Shown here: piece after piece, positions 29,646 to 38,673 of the stretch
Layout: each line of letters begins with the position of its first letter
How positions within the stretch are numbered: position 1 is the stretch's first letter
Assembly (NCBI GenBank): GCA_964463045.1
Contig: CAYXAU010000011.1
Span: 11,631 to 75,630 of the forward strand
Reading direction: 5' to 3'
Source: an uncultured Candidatus Sumerlaeota bacterium
GTDB taxonomy: Bacteria > Sumerlaeota > Sumerlaeia > MVZB01 > JAJFLK01
DNA length: 64,000 bases
Translations under genes and position numbers: made by a program
The notes under the pieces: generated by a model
Database searches by the model: none
Seen by the model: only the letters and a program-made list of their open reading frames with translations
What the model was told of the DNA's origin: nothing

Positions 29646-32600
29646 TCATTTGAGGGCCATCGTTGGATTCAGGACAAAGCGGTGGATTTTTTCGAGCGCG
29701 TCCTCCCACCGCAGGGACTTAACCGTCTGGAGGCCGCCCTCGGCGATCCGCTGACGCAGCGCCGCGTCTTCGACCAGCTCGCCGAGACGCGCCGCCACGC
29801 AACTGACCGTCGGTTCGGTCAGAAGGGCGTTCTCCCGATCGCGCAGGAGCCAGAGATTGTGTTCGTTGTGGTTGGTGACCGTCGCGCACCCGCTCGCCAT
29901 GTACTCCAGCGGCTGATAGGAGGGGTGGGTCGTGAACATGAACACCAGCCCGACGTCGCACTGCCGATAAAGCGCGGCCACTTCCCCCAGATCGGCGAGC
30001 ACGCCCCGGTTCTCGATCACGCCGCCGAGGCCATGCTCGGCCACGTCGAACGCCCCTCCCGCGGAAATGATTTCAACCTTATCCCCATAAACGTTCTTGA
30101 CGCGTCGCAAGGCTTCGATCCCCAGGCGAAAGCCGTTACGCACGTTCCGCGGCCGGCCATAGAAGACGATCCGGACCGGCCCGCGCGACGCGCGAGGTTG
30201 AGGCGACGGGTAAAAAACCTCGCGATCCACGCCCGGAAGGAAGGATTCGACCCATGGGTTATATCGACGGTAGACCTCGGCCACGCCCGGCGTGTTGGCC
30301 AGGCCCACAAATCCAAATCGGTAGGTTTGCTCAATGAGGCCGAAGACCGAACCGGCGGGATAGAAAGCCGCCTCATAATCCTGATTGAAATAATACTTGG
30401 CCCGGCAGCGATGATATCGAACTAGATGGTAAGCCGAGTTCCAGAGCGTGCACAAGGCCGCGTCCGAAGGAGGAAGCTCCGCCGGATCGGCCCCGTCCGG
30501 CAGCGCCAGGAGATCAAACCGCAGCCGCGGGAACGCCTCCCGAATCTCCGGTCCGAGCGCCTCAAGATGGCGCGGCTGTCGGCCGTAGAAGACGATCGTG
30601 TTGTGCGTCCCGGACCTCTCCGAAAAATGCTGAGCCACGCGGAAGATCGTGTATATCCCGCCTCGATACACGTGATCGAAATAAGGGACGAACCAGAGCG
30701 CGCGCCGCAGCGTCAACCGCGGCTCGCGCGCGAACCGCGCCATCAGCGCTTGATTGGCCTCCAAAACGCGCGGACTGACGTCATAGAGAAGGACTTCGGC
30801 GTCCGGCCCGACGGCCTCGCCCCGCGGCGACGCCTCAACGAGCCGCGCCTCGATCCCCGATCGCGCGGCCTCGGCCGCCTCCCGCTCGCGCCGATATCGC
30901 TCGCGGAACTCCCGGTGCATCGGCGACCCGCCCAGATCGAGCCGGAGCGCCGACGAATTGTAGGAGAAGTGGGCGTTGAAGAAGGGGTCCCCCTCGTCCA
31001 GATAAGGTTGATAATGGATCAGAGAGAGACGGATATCGGCGTCGCGGACGCGCATCGGCTTCCGTGAGAGTTTCTCATGGTGAAACAGCCGCGCCTCGGG
31101 ATTGACCACGTTGCGGCATCCCCGCTCCATCAGCCGCAGCCCCAGCTCCACGTCGCTCCCCGTCACTTCAAACTGTTCGTTGAACCCGCCGATCTCCTCA
31201 AACAGCGTCCGCCGGATCGCCAGGCAAGCCCCGGTCACGGCCGTGACGTTGCGACGGTGTCGCGTCCACTCCGACGGAACGAGGGCTTCGTCTTCCCCGG
31301 CGAAGAGATGCCCGGCGAGCCCCCGTAAGCCGACGACCACGCCGGCATGCTGCAGGGCGCCGTCCGGGTAATAGAGCTTTCCGCCGACCGCCCCCACCCC
31401 AGGGCGCAGAGCGTCGCCGACCAGTTCCGCCAGCCAGTGAGGGGTGATGACCTCGGTGTCGTTGTTCAGGAAGACGAGCACGTCGCCGCGGGCCTCGCGG
31501 GCCGCGAAATTGTTGAGCCGCGAATAGTTGAAGGCCGGGCGATATTCCAGAACCCGCGCGACCGGATGGCCCTGGAGCGTCTCCAGGAAGCTGAGCGTCT
31601 CCGGTTCGATGCTGTTGTTGTTGACGAGCAAAAGTTCAAAGCGCGGGCGCTCCGTCAAGCGAAGAAGGCTCTCCACGCAGGCCCGGAGCGCGCCGACCTG
31701 ATCCCTGAACGGGATGATCACGCTGGCCATCGCCTCCGAGGTGTCATAAACGGGCCTGACGATCCCCGGGCCGCGCTCGACGGTCGCAAGCCGGGCTCCC
31801 TGTCGGCGCGCCGCCTCCCGGACGAACTCGGCTTCTTCCTCCCCGGCCCTTTCCGCTCGCTCTTGTGGACAATGCAGGCCGACGCGGTCGACTTTGACGA
31901 TCCGACGGCCCTTCTCCCACAAGCGCAAGAGGACGTCCCGCAAAAACGCACGCGGCCAGCGCGTCTCAAAGCCGCCGACCTCGACGACGGCGGTCCGATC
32001 GAGCCAGACCGCGTTGCCGACGTAATCATGTTCGAGCAGATAATCGGGAGAAAAACCGGGCTTGAAGCGTGGGGCGCAGCGACGCCCGTCGGGGCGCAGC
32101 GCGTCGTCATCAAAAACGATCACGGCGGGCCTCCGATCCGGCTCGACGGTTTCGAGCTGCTCGGCCAGCAAGCCCACGGCGGCCGGGTGGATCTCGTCCC
32201 CCGCCCAGAGCGCAATGACGTAGCCTTCCTCGGTCCGGCCGAGCCGCCGGTTCAGAGCGTCGATCATCCCGTCGTCGTCCCCCCCGTTCCAATCTTCGGC
32301 CTCGACGCGGCGCGCTCCGTCCATCTCCAGCGGCGTCCCCTGAGGCTTGATGAGAGTGATGGGAAAGTCGCGATGAATCCGGGCCAGCGAGCCCAGCGTC
32401 GCGCGCGCGCGCCCGACGGCTTCAGCCTCGGGGCACAAGATGAACGCGCGAACCGACGGCAGGGCCGGCGGCGGCGACACCGGACGCTCGCGCTCGTTCA
32501 GAAACCGCTGATACTCGTCCTCACGCTCGGCCTCCACCTGAGCCCGGTCAACCCGAGCTCGGCCCGTTTCAGCCGCCGTCTTCGCGTCGGCTCTCGAAAC

Positions 32601-35600
32601 CGGGGTCGAGGCGCCGGCGGCGGCGATCTCCCTCCGACGAGCCAGCCGAGCCCCCAATCGTGCGGCCATCGACCGGAGAGACGGTTCCTCGGCGGCTGCC
32701 TTCATCACGGCCGCCAACCGATCGGCGCCGTGCTTGGCCTTAAGCGCCGCCCACCCTTGCTCGGAAAGCGTCCGGCGCTGGTCGTGGCCGAAGCTTCGGG
32801 ATTTGGCGTGAAAGACGTAAACGTGATCGGCCACGGCGCAGGCGAACCCCGCCGCGCCGGCCCGGAGGCAGAAGTCGTTCTCCTCCCCGTAGCCGTTCGG
32901 GAACGTCGCCTCGTCCAGGTAGCCGATCCGATCGAGGAGCCCTCGCTTGATCAGAAAACAGAACCCGTTGATCACGGGCAGCCGAGGGAACCGCCGTTCG
33001 GAGAGGCGCTCCACCCCTTCGTCCATCGCCTCGATGCTCATCCCCTCGGGCAGCGCGTTGACCATCCACTCCCCGGCCGAGTCGCGACGGTCCGGGACGG
33101 ACTGCCAACTGGCCGCATTGGAGAGCGGCCCGACGATGCCGATCGCCGGATCGGATTCGGCGCACTCGATCAGCCGGTCCGTCCAGCCTGGCGGCACGAC
33201 CGTATCGCTGTTCAGCAGGATCACGTACGCAGCCGACGAGGCGCGCAACCCCTGGTTGGCCGCCCGCGTGTAACCTTTGGCCTGAGCGTTCTCGATCAGG
33301 AGGACCTCCGAGCGCCCTTGAGCAAACTGACGCAGGAAGGCCGACGTCGGGCCCTCGGAGCCGTCGTTGACGACAATCAACCGCCATGGGGACGGCGTCG
33401 CCCGGACGACCGAATCCAGACAGCGCCGCGTGTCCTCCAGGGCGTTGTGGACGCAGACGACGATATCGACCTCCCCGACAGCGGAGAAGGCCCCCGATAC
33501 ACTCCGCGGCGCCGCGGCGCCTCCGGGAGATGTCTCGATCGCCTCGACTTCAAGCGCCCGGTCCGGCTGCGGCTCGACCGGCTCGTCGCGTTGGGCAACC
33601 CGAAGCTTCGGATGCGCCGCAGGCGAGGGCGCTCGCGGAGTCGGCGTCGGCGTTGGCGCTCTGCCGGCCGGGGCGAGACCTTTTAAGCTCTCCAGCTCCC
33701 TGCCCGCTCGGCGCTCCAGGGCGAGCAGTCTTCGATCATGGTCTTCTTGCGCCCCGCAAAGCCGATCCAGCCGCGCCGCTGCCCGCCGGGCGAACTCCCG
33801 CCGCCAGCGCTCAAAGCGCCGGACAAAAATTTGCGCCTCGTCTGGGGCGAGAATGGGGGGCCGTGGGATGAGCTTCAGGCGCTCGGCCACGCGACCGGCC
33901 AGATTGCCGAGCTTCCACCGCCAGGAGTTGCTCATGAAAGCCATATCACGCGCCAGACGATCCACCCAGTCGACGAGTGTGACGGTCTCCTCGGCGAGCT
34001 GGGCCGTTTCCTTGCGCAGGGCGTCGATCCGGCCCGATCGCTCCAGCGCGGCTCGGCGGAGCATTTCGACGCGGGATACCGCGCCAGGGACTGATGGCGG
34101 AGCGTAGCGCTGCGGGAATCCCCTGAGGCGATTGGCTTCGCCCTGCCAGGCCTCAAACTCCGAGAGGACTCCTCGCGCGTCCTCAGGCGCCAGCACCGGG
34201 GGACGGCGGATCAACCGCAGACGCTCGGCGGCGCGCCCCACGCCGTGGCCCAGTCGCCACCGCCGGGATTTGCCCATGATATCGATGTCTCGATGGAGAT
34301 TATGAATCCAGCCGATCAGCTCCCGCTGGTCCTGGCCGCGCTCGCGCAGATCCGTCTCCAGTTCTCGAAGTAGGGCGTCCTTGGCGGCGACGAGCAGTTG
34401 CAGGAAGGCGGCCTCGTCAAGCTCCCGGAGCCCGCTTTCGCGCTGGATCAGGGCGGCCACGCGGCCCTCCAACTCGGTCTTTTCGCGGCGGGCCTCGTCG
34501 AGCTGGCCGGAAAGACGGCCGGCCTCTCCTCTCAAATTCTCAGCCTCGGCCTGCAGACCCTCGGCGCGGGCGTGGGACTCCTGATATTCGAGGGATTTCT
34601 GCTCGAGGGCCTCCCCAAGTCGGCCGATTTCCCTCTTAAGCTCCTCGGCTTCAGCTTGCAGACGCTCAGCGTGGGCTTGCGCGTCGATCAGCTTGAGGAC
34701 TTTCTCCCGGAGCGAGGCGGCCTGACGCCTGAGGAGTTCCTCTTCCCGGGCCAGCGCTTTCTTTAAATCGTCCTCGCGGGCCCGCAGGGTGTTAAGCTCG
34801 CCCTCCAGAGCCTCCAGGCGCGCCTTCGCCCGCCGGGCTTCCTCTTGCCGCTCCTTGAGGAGCCGCCCCATGGCCTCCTCTTGCAAACGCTTGAGCCGTC
34901 CGAGGGCTTCCTCCCCCTGGGCTCGCGCGGTTCGCAGATCGATCTCGTGATCGCGGGCGAGGCGTTTGCGCTCTTGTTCGGCCTGTTCCGCCTGGCGCGC
35001 GAGCTCCTCCTCCAACCCTCGCAGCGCCGCTTGCCCATCCCGGAGCCGACCCTCCAGACCGAGCTTCTCCTCCCTGAGCGCGGTCGAAGCCCCCTCGGCG
35101 GCCTGAAGCGCGTCGGACCGAGCGGCGACGTCGGCCCGCAGCTCCTCCAGCTCGGCTTTGAGGCTCTCCTCGGCGGCCTGGTGCGCGGCGACGCGTTCCT
35201 GAAGCTTGCCGAGCCAGGCCCGCTTCTCCGAACGGTCGACCTCGGTCTCCATCCGGACGGCCTCGGCCTCGTCGAAGACCTTGCGCAGGGCCGGCGTCGG
35301 CGTCAGGCGCCGCAGGAGGCCCGCCAGCGAACGGTTGCTCGCCTTCAGCTCCCTCGGCAACAACACCCCGAGGCCATTGATGGCCGGGATTCGGATGAAA
35401 TCGATCTTCTCTCCGCACTCCTCCAGGAAGTCCTCGATCGCCGTCAGTACGCCGTTCTGAAGGTCGTTCTCGTAGATCGAGTGATTCAGGTGCGGATTCA
35501 GCCCCCCGCGCTCGGCCAGGCCATCGAGCCCCGGCTTGACCCCGCGCTTCTGATAAGGCTTCCGGAACGCCGGCGGAATGGTCTCCGGATCGTAATACAG

Positions 35601-35999
35601 ATCGCGCCGGCCGTACGGCCAGCCGATGTCGTGGAGGAAGACCAGGGGGAAAGGCCGTCCCTCGCGCCGGGCCGCCCGCTCGATCAATTTGAGCTCGTTG
35701 TACGTCGTATACCAGTTATGGTCGCCGTCGATCAGGACAGCGTCCATCCGAGCGATCCGCGGCAGCGCGTTGAGGCTCAGCCCTTGATGAAAGTCGAAGC
35801 GTTCGCCGTGTTCCCGCTTCATGGCCTCGACGTCGAACTTGGGGGCGGGATCGATCGAATGAAGCGTCGCCCCCGCGCGCTGGCAAAACGCAAGCAGATT
35901 GCGCGTGTTCGCCCCCTGGTCGGCCCCGATCTCGACGACGTCGCGCGGCTCGAGCAGCGTGAGGACCGGCTCCAGCAGGGAATTCCATAAACGTTGCAT
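29646..35999 (-). CDS. Giant (2117 aa) multidomain glycan-assembly protein: N-terminal SAM methyltransferase, ~315-aa coiled coil, duplicated WRW-LG motif, three GT2 domains and a C-terminal WsaF/GT4-like domain
   Basis: The MT domain has VVEIGADQGANTRNL...VLIDGDHNWY (Methyltransf_24/CmcI-type). The coiled coil is a heptad-rich E/R/A/L segment at ~aa 245-560. GT2 DxD-type blocks are IVVCVHNALEDT...LIVVNDGSEG and ASVIIPFRDQ...LLLVNNNSIE...FLNNDTEV. The C-terminal domain has RGGIYTIF and FMFTTHPSYQPLEYMASGCATV. An RBS GAGGG lies 9 nt before the ATG. Confidence 0.8.
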   Translation of the reverse strand: MQRLWNSLLEPVLTLLEPRDVVEIGADQGANTRNLLAFCQRAGATLHSIDPAPKFDVEAMKREHGERFDFHQGLSLNALPRIARMDAVLIDGDHNWYTTYNELKLIERAARREGRPFPLVFLHDIGWPYGRRDLYYDPETIPPAFRKPYQKRGVKPGLDGLAERGGLNPHLNHSIYENDLQNGVLTAIEDFLEECGEKIDFIRIPAINGLGVLLPRELKASNRSLAGLLRRLTPTPALRKVFDEAEAVRMETEVDRSEKRAWLGKLQERVAAHQAAEESLKAELEELRADVAARSDALQAAEGASTALREEKLGLEGRLRDGQAALRGLEEELARQAEQAEQERKRLARDHEIDLRTARAQGEEALGRLKRLQEEAMGRLLKERQEEARRAKARLEALEGELNTLRAREDDLKKALAREEELLRRQAASLREKVLKLIDAQAHAERLQAEAEELKREIGRLGEALEQKSLEYQESHARAEGLQAEAENLRGEAGRLSGQLDEARREKTELEGRVAALIQRESGLRELDEAAFLQLLVAAKDALLRELETDLRERGQDQRELIGWIHNLHRDIDIMGKSRRWRLGHGVGRAAERLRLIRRPPVLAPEDARGVLSEFEAWQGEANRLRGFPQRYAPPSVPGAVSRVEMLRRAALERSGRIDALRKETAQLAEETVTLVDWVDRLARDMAFMSNSWRWKLGNLAGRVAERLKLIPRPPILAPDEAQIFVRRFERWRREFARRAAARLDRLCGAQEDHDRRLLALERRAGRELESLKGLAPAGRAPTPTPTPRAPSPAAHPKLRVAQRDEPVEPQPDRALEVEAIETSPGGAAAPRSVSGAFSAVGEVDIVVCVHNALEDTRRCLDSVVRATPSPWRLIVVNDGSEGPTSAFLRQFAQGRSEVLLIENAQAKGYTRAANQGLRASSAAYVILLNSDTVVPPGWTDRLIECAESDPAIGIVGPLSNAASWQSVPDRRDSAGEWMVNALPEGMSIEAMDEGVERLSERRFPRLPVINGFCFLIKRGLLDRIGYLDEATFPNGYGEENDFCLRAGAAGFACAVADHVYVFHAKSRSFGHDQRRTLSEQGWAALKAKHGADRLAAVMKAAAEEPSLRSMAARLGARLARRREIAAAGASTPVSRADAKTAAETGRARVDRAQVEAEREDEYQRFLNERERPVSPPPALPSVRAFILCPEAEAVGRARATLGSLARIHRDFPITLIKPQGTPLEMDGARRVEAEDWNGGDDDGMIDALNRRLGRTEEGYVIALWAGDEIHPAAVGLLAEQLETVEPDRRPAVIVFDDDALRPDGRRCAPRFKPGFSPDYLLEHDYVGNAVWLDRTAVVEVGGFETRWPRAFLRDVLLRLWEKGRRIVKVDRVGLHCPQERAERAGEEEAEFVREAARRQGARLATVERGPGIVRPVYDTSEAMASVIIPFRDQVGALRACVESLLRLTERPRFELLLVNNNSIEPETLSFLETLQGHPVARVLEYRPAFNYSRLNNFAAREARGDVLVFLNNDTEVITPHWLAELVGDALRPGVGAVGGKLYYPDGALQHAGVVVGLRGLAGHLFAGEDEALVPSEWTRHRRNVTAVTGACLAIRRTLFEEIGGFNEQFEVTGSDVELGLRLMERGCRNVVNPEARLFHHEKLSRKPMRVRDADIRLSLIHYQPYLDEGDPFFNAHFSYNSSALRLDLGGSPMHREFRERYRREREAAEAARSGIEARLVEASPRGEAVGPDAEVLLYDVSPRVLEANQALMARFAREPRLTLRRALWFVPYFDHVYRGGIYTIFRVAQHFSERSGTHNTIVFYGRQPRHLEALGPEIREAFPRLRFDLLALPDGADPAELPPSDAALCTLWNSAYHLVRYHRCRAKYYFNQDYEAAFYPAGSVFGLIEQTYRFGFVGLANTPGVAEVYRRYNPWVESFLPGVDREVFYPSPQPRASRGPVRIVFYGRPRNVRNGFRLGIEALRRVKNVYGDKVEIISAGGAFDVAEHGLGGVIENRGVLADLGEVAALYRQCDVGLVFMFTTHPSYQPLEYMASGCATVTNHNEHNLWLLRDRENALLTEPTVSCVAARLGELVEDAALRQRIAEGGLQTVKSLRWEDALEKIHRFVLNPTMALK

Positions 36000-36013
36000 C
36001 GGCTTGCCCTCGT

Positions 36014-36775
36014 TTACTTGCGGATCAATTCGGCCTCGGCGCGGGCTTTATCTTTCCTCAGCATCTGGGTAAAGGCGACGTAACGGGCGACGACCTCCTC
36101 GGCGGAGCCTTCGGCCTGGGTCACGCCGTGCTCGATCCAGACGGCCTGATCGCAGAGGTCCTTGATGCTGGCGGCGTTGTGCGAGACGAGCACGATCGTC
36201 TTGTCCGAAAGGAGCTTCTCGCGCAGGACGGCCGCCGATTTCTCGCGGAAGGCCGCGTCCCCCACCCCCAGCACCTCGTCGATCAGCAGAATGTCCGGGT
36301 CCATCTGAAAGGCCACTGAGAACCCCAGCCGGGCCGTCATGCCTGAGGAGTAAGTATAGATCGGCCGATCGATGAAGTCCCCCAATTCGCTGAAGTTGAC
36401 GATGTCGTCCATCCGCGCGCCGATCTCCGCCTTGTCCAGCCCCAACAGCATCCCGCTCAGGTAGGCGTTCTCCCGTCCGGTCAGGTAGGGCAGAAACCCC
36501 ACCTGGAGCGAAAGCACCGAGGCCTGGTAGCCGTGGTTGATCATCGAGCCCCGGTCCGGCTCGATGATCCCGGCCATCAGTTGGAGCAGCGTCGTCTTGC
36601 CCGCCCCGTTGCGCCCGATGACGCCCAGGGATTGCCCCCGACGCAACGTCAGCGAGACGTTCCGGAGCGCCCAGATCGGCTCGCGCTTGAGGTAACCGCG
36701 GCGCACCCAGTAGCAGACGCCGACTTTCGTCAGCTCGATCAACGGCTCGGCGGCCAGGGCCACGCGGTCGTTCAT
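36014..36775 (-). CDS. wzt: Polysaccharide ABC exporter ATP-binding protein Wzt/TagH-type (short form, no C-terminal carbohydrate-binding module)
   Basis: Walker A GRNGAGKTT, the signature YSSGMTARL and Walker B LLIDEVL are present, at ~253 aa. Its start ATG overlaps the wzm stop by 1 nt (TGATG). Confidence 0.85.
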   Translation of the reverse strand: MNDRVALAAEPLIELTKVGVCYWVRRGYLKREPIWALRNVSLTLRRGQSLGVIGRNGAGKTTLLQLMAGIIEPDRGSMINHGYQASVLSLQVGFLPYLTGRENAYLSGMLLGLDKAEIGARMDDIVNFSELGDFIDRPIYTYSSGMTARLGFSVAFQMDPDILLIDEVLGVGDAAFREKSAAVLREKLLSDKTIVLVSHNAASIKDLCDQAVWIEHGVTQAEGSAEEVVARYVAFTQMLRKDKARAEAELIRK

Positions 36776-37653
36776 CAGGAGGCCACCCTCGGGTAAAGTC
36801 GGTCGTACCGCCGCAGGAGGTAATTGCCGGCGACGATCCCCGCGACCGAGAAGGAGCCGATCCAGACGAGCCCGCTCCCGTCCGGCCATCGGTCATACAT
36901 CAGCACCTCCCGATAGGCCTCGATCAGGTTGGCCATCGGGTTCAAATAAAAGTAAGGCCGGAGCCCATCCGGCAGCGAGGCCCCCGCGTAAAAGACCCCC
37001 GAGAGATAGAACGCCACTTGCAGGGCGTGATCGATCGGGATAAGCAAATCCGGGACGAAGGGATAGACGGCCGCCAGCGGATAGGCCAGGGCCGCAATCA
37101 GCAGGAGATGGATCAGCAGCAGGACCGGCAAGGCCAGGTAAGGCGCCCCGGGCCGGAACCCATAAACCCACAGGAAGGCCATCAGCATCAGAAAGGCGAC
37201 CAGAAACTTGCACGTATCTTTGAGAATCGTCGTCGACGGCAGCACGAACTTGGGCAGATAGACCTGGCGCATGAGCGTCTTATTGGCCGGGACCTGCACG
37301 GCGGCCCCGCGGACGGTCGTCTGAAACCATTTCCACGTGATCACGCCGATCAGCAGAAAGGGGACAAAATCCTCCGTCCCCCGGTGGAGGATCAGTTTGA
37401 AAACCACGTAAAAGACGAGCATGTTGATTACCGGTTCGATGATCCACCACAGAAACCCGATGTAAGTCCGTTGGGATTCGGCCTTGAGCTCGGCGTAAGT
37501 CTTGTAAAGGATCAGGTCCACGTAGCGGCGGGTGGGCCGCCGACGTTGGCCACGGGCTTCGGTCCCGGCCCGGGAGGCCCCCATGGCCATCGCCCCCTCC
37601 GCCTCGCCCGATCGGGCCGCCACGGAAACGCTCGATGTCGCAGGGGCTTTCAA
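36775..37653 (-). CDS. wzm: Polysaccharide ABC exporter permease Wzm/TagG-type (ABC-2 family); true start probably at internal ATG ~37584-37590
   Basis: Six predicted TM helices with an ABC-2 permease pattern (YIGFLWWIIEPV...). It is translationally coupled to wzt. Confidence 0.8.
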   Translation of the reverse strand: MKAPATSSVSVAARSGEAEGAMAMGASRAGTEARGQRRRPTRRYVDLILYKTYAELKAESQRTYIGFLWWIIEPVINMLVFYVVFKLILHRGTEDFVPFLLIGVITWKWFQTTVRGAAVQVPANKTLMRQVYLPKFVLPSTTILKDTCKFLVAFLMLMAFLWVYGFRPGAPYLALPVLLLIHLLLIAALAYPLAAVYPFVPDLLIPIDHALQVAFYLSGVFYAGASLPDGLRPYFYLNPMANLIEAYREVLMYDRWPDGSGLVWIGSFSVAGIVAGNYLLRRYDRLYPRVAS

Positions 37654-38048
37654 GTCAATGGCCTCGGGTGTCGGTTCGCATCACGGTCGAATGGCGCATG
37701 ACCGCCCCCGGGGGGCCAAGGCCCCCTGCCGGGAGCAGGGGGGGTCGGGCTCTCAGACGCCCCTTGGGCTTGGCTTACACGCTCGCCGACAGGAACACCC
37801 CAACGGGGGGCATCGCTGGATGAAAAGAGCCATCTGAGCGGGAAGCCGGCTCCCTCCCCGGCGAATTATAACAGGGTCCTTGGGCATCGCAACTTTAATG
37901 ACATCAATCGGCTGCGGTCATCCGCCCGCCGAGCTTGTCGAGTCTCCCGCGACGGTTATAGGATCGGGAGCCCAGGCGGGACCGGGACTCTCGGCCCCTT
38001 TCGTCGCGCCGTCCCGGCCCGTTCCGAACCCGTTTTCAGGGCAGGGCG

Positions 38049-38585
38049 ATGAAGGTCAAAACCATGACTCAGAGGCGCGGCCAGCGGCGGGCTCCGGCCT
38101 CAGCCGCCTGGGTTGGCCGGCCCTGGGGGGCGGGGCTTCTGGTTCTGGCCGGGATCACGGGCGCCGTGGCCTGGTGGCAGCGTCCGCGTGAGAGCGCGCC
38201 CTTGCGGATCGTCATCGTCGACGAGACCGGACGGCACGACCGGGCGGTGGCGCGCGCCCTGGAGGCGGAGGCCGCCGACTGGGCGCGGCCGCTCGAGGTG
38301 GATCAGGCGAAACTCACCCGCCTCGTCACGGTCGCGGATGTTTTGGAACGTCTGACCGAGCTCGTCCGCTCCGGCGATCTCGACGGGTTTTTGCATCTCC
38401 CCGCCGACTTTGATCAACGCGGCGTCGCCCTTTATTACCGGGCGGGCCGCGGCGGGGACGCGCTCACGCCATCGCTCCGTGCGGCCCTGGTTTCGACGGC
38501 GGGGGTCAGCCGCTCAGGCGCCCAGTCAGACCTGGAAAGCCCCCCGGCCTCCAAGATCCGGCTTGAAATCCGACGCGTGTCCTGA
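38049..38585 (+). CDS. Hypothetical membrane-anchored protein
   Basis: An N-terminal TM segment (GAGLLVLAGITGAVAWW) is present, and the ORF looks coding by composition. No family is recognised. Confidence 0.35.
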   Translation: MKVKTMTQRRGQRRAPASAAWVGRPWGAGLLVLAGITGAVAWWQRPRESAPLRIVIVDETGRHDRAVARALEAEAADWARPLEVDQAKLTRLVTVADVLERLTELVRSGDLDGFLHLPADFDQRGVALYYRAGRGGDALTPSLRAALVSTAGVSRSGAQSDLESPPASKIRLEIRRVS

Positions 38586-38673
38586 AACCCGCCATCCGCT
38601 GATCGGAACTGACTTTCCCCCCCGACGGGGCTAGACTTTCCTCGGAAACGACGAGCCGGGCCGAGGAGACGAC

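Noticed and set aside
34320-35267. Coiled-coil region as a separate SMC/chromosome-segregation-like gene
   Set aside because: The reading frame is continuous from the methyltransferase domain through the GT domains with no internal stop or plausible internal start/RBS. It is treated as one polypeptide.
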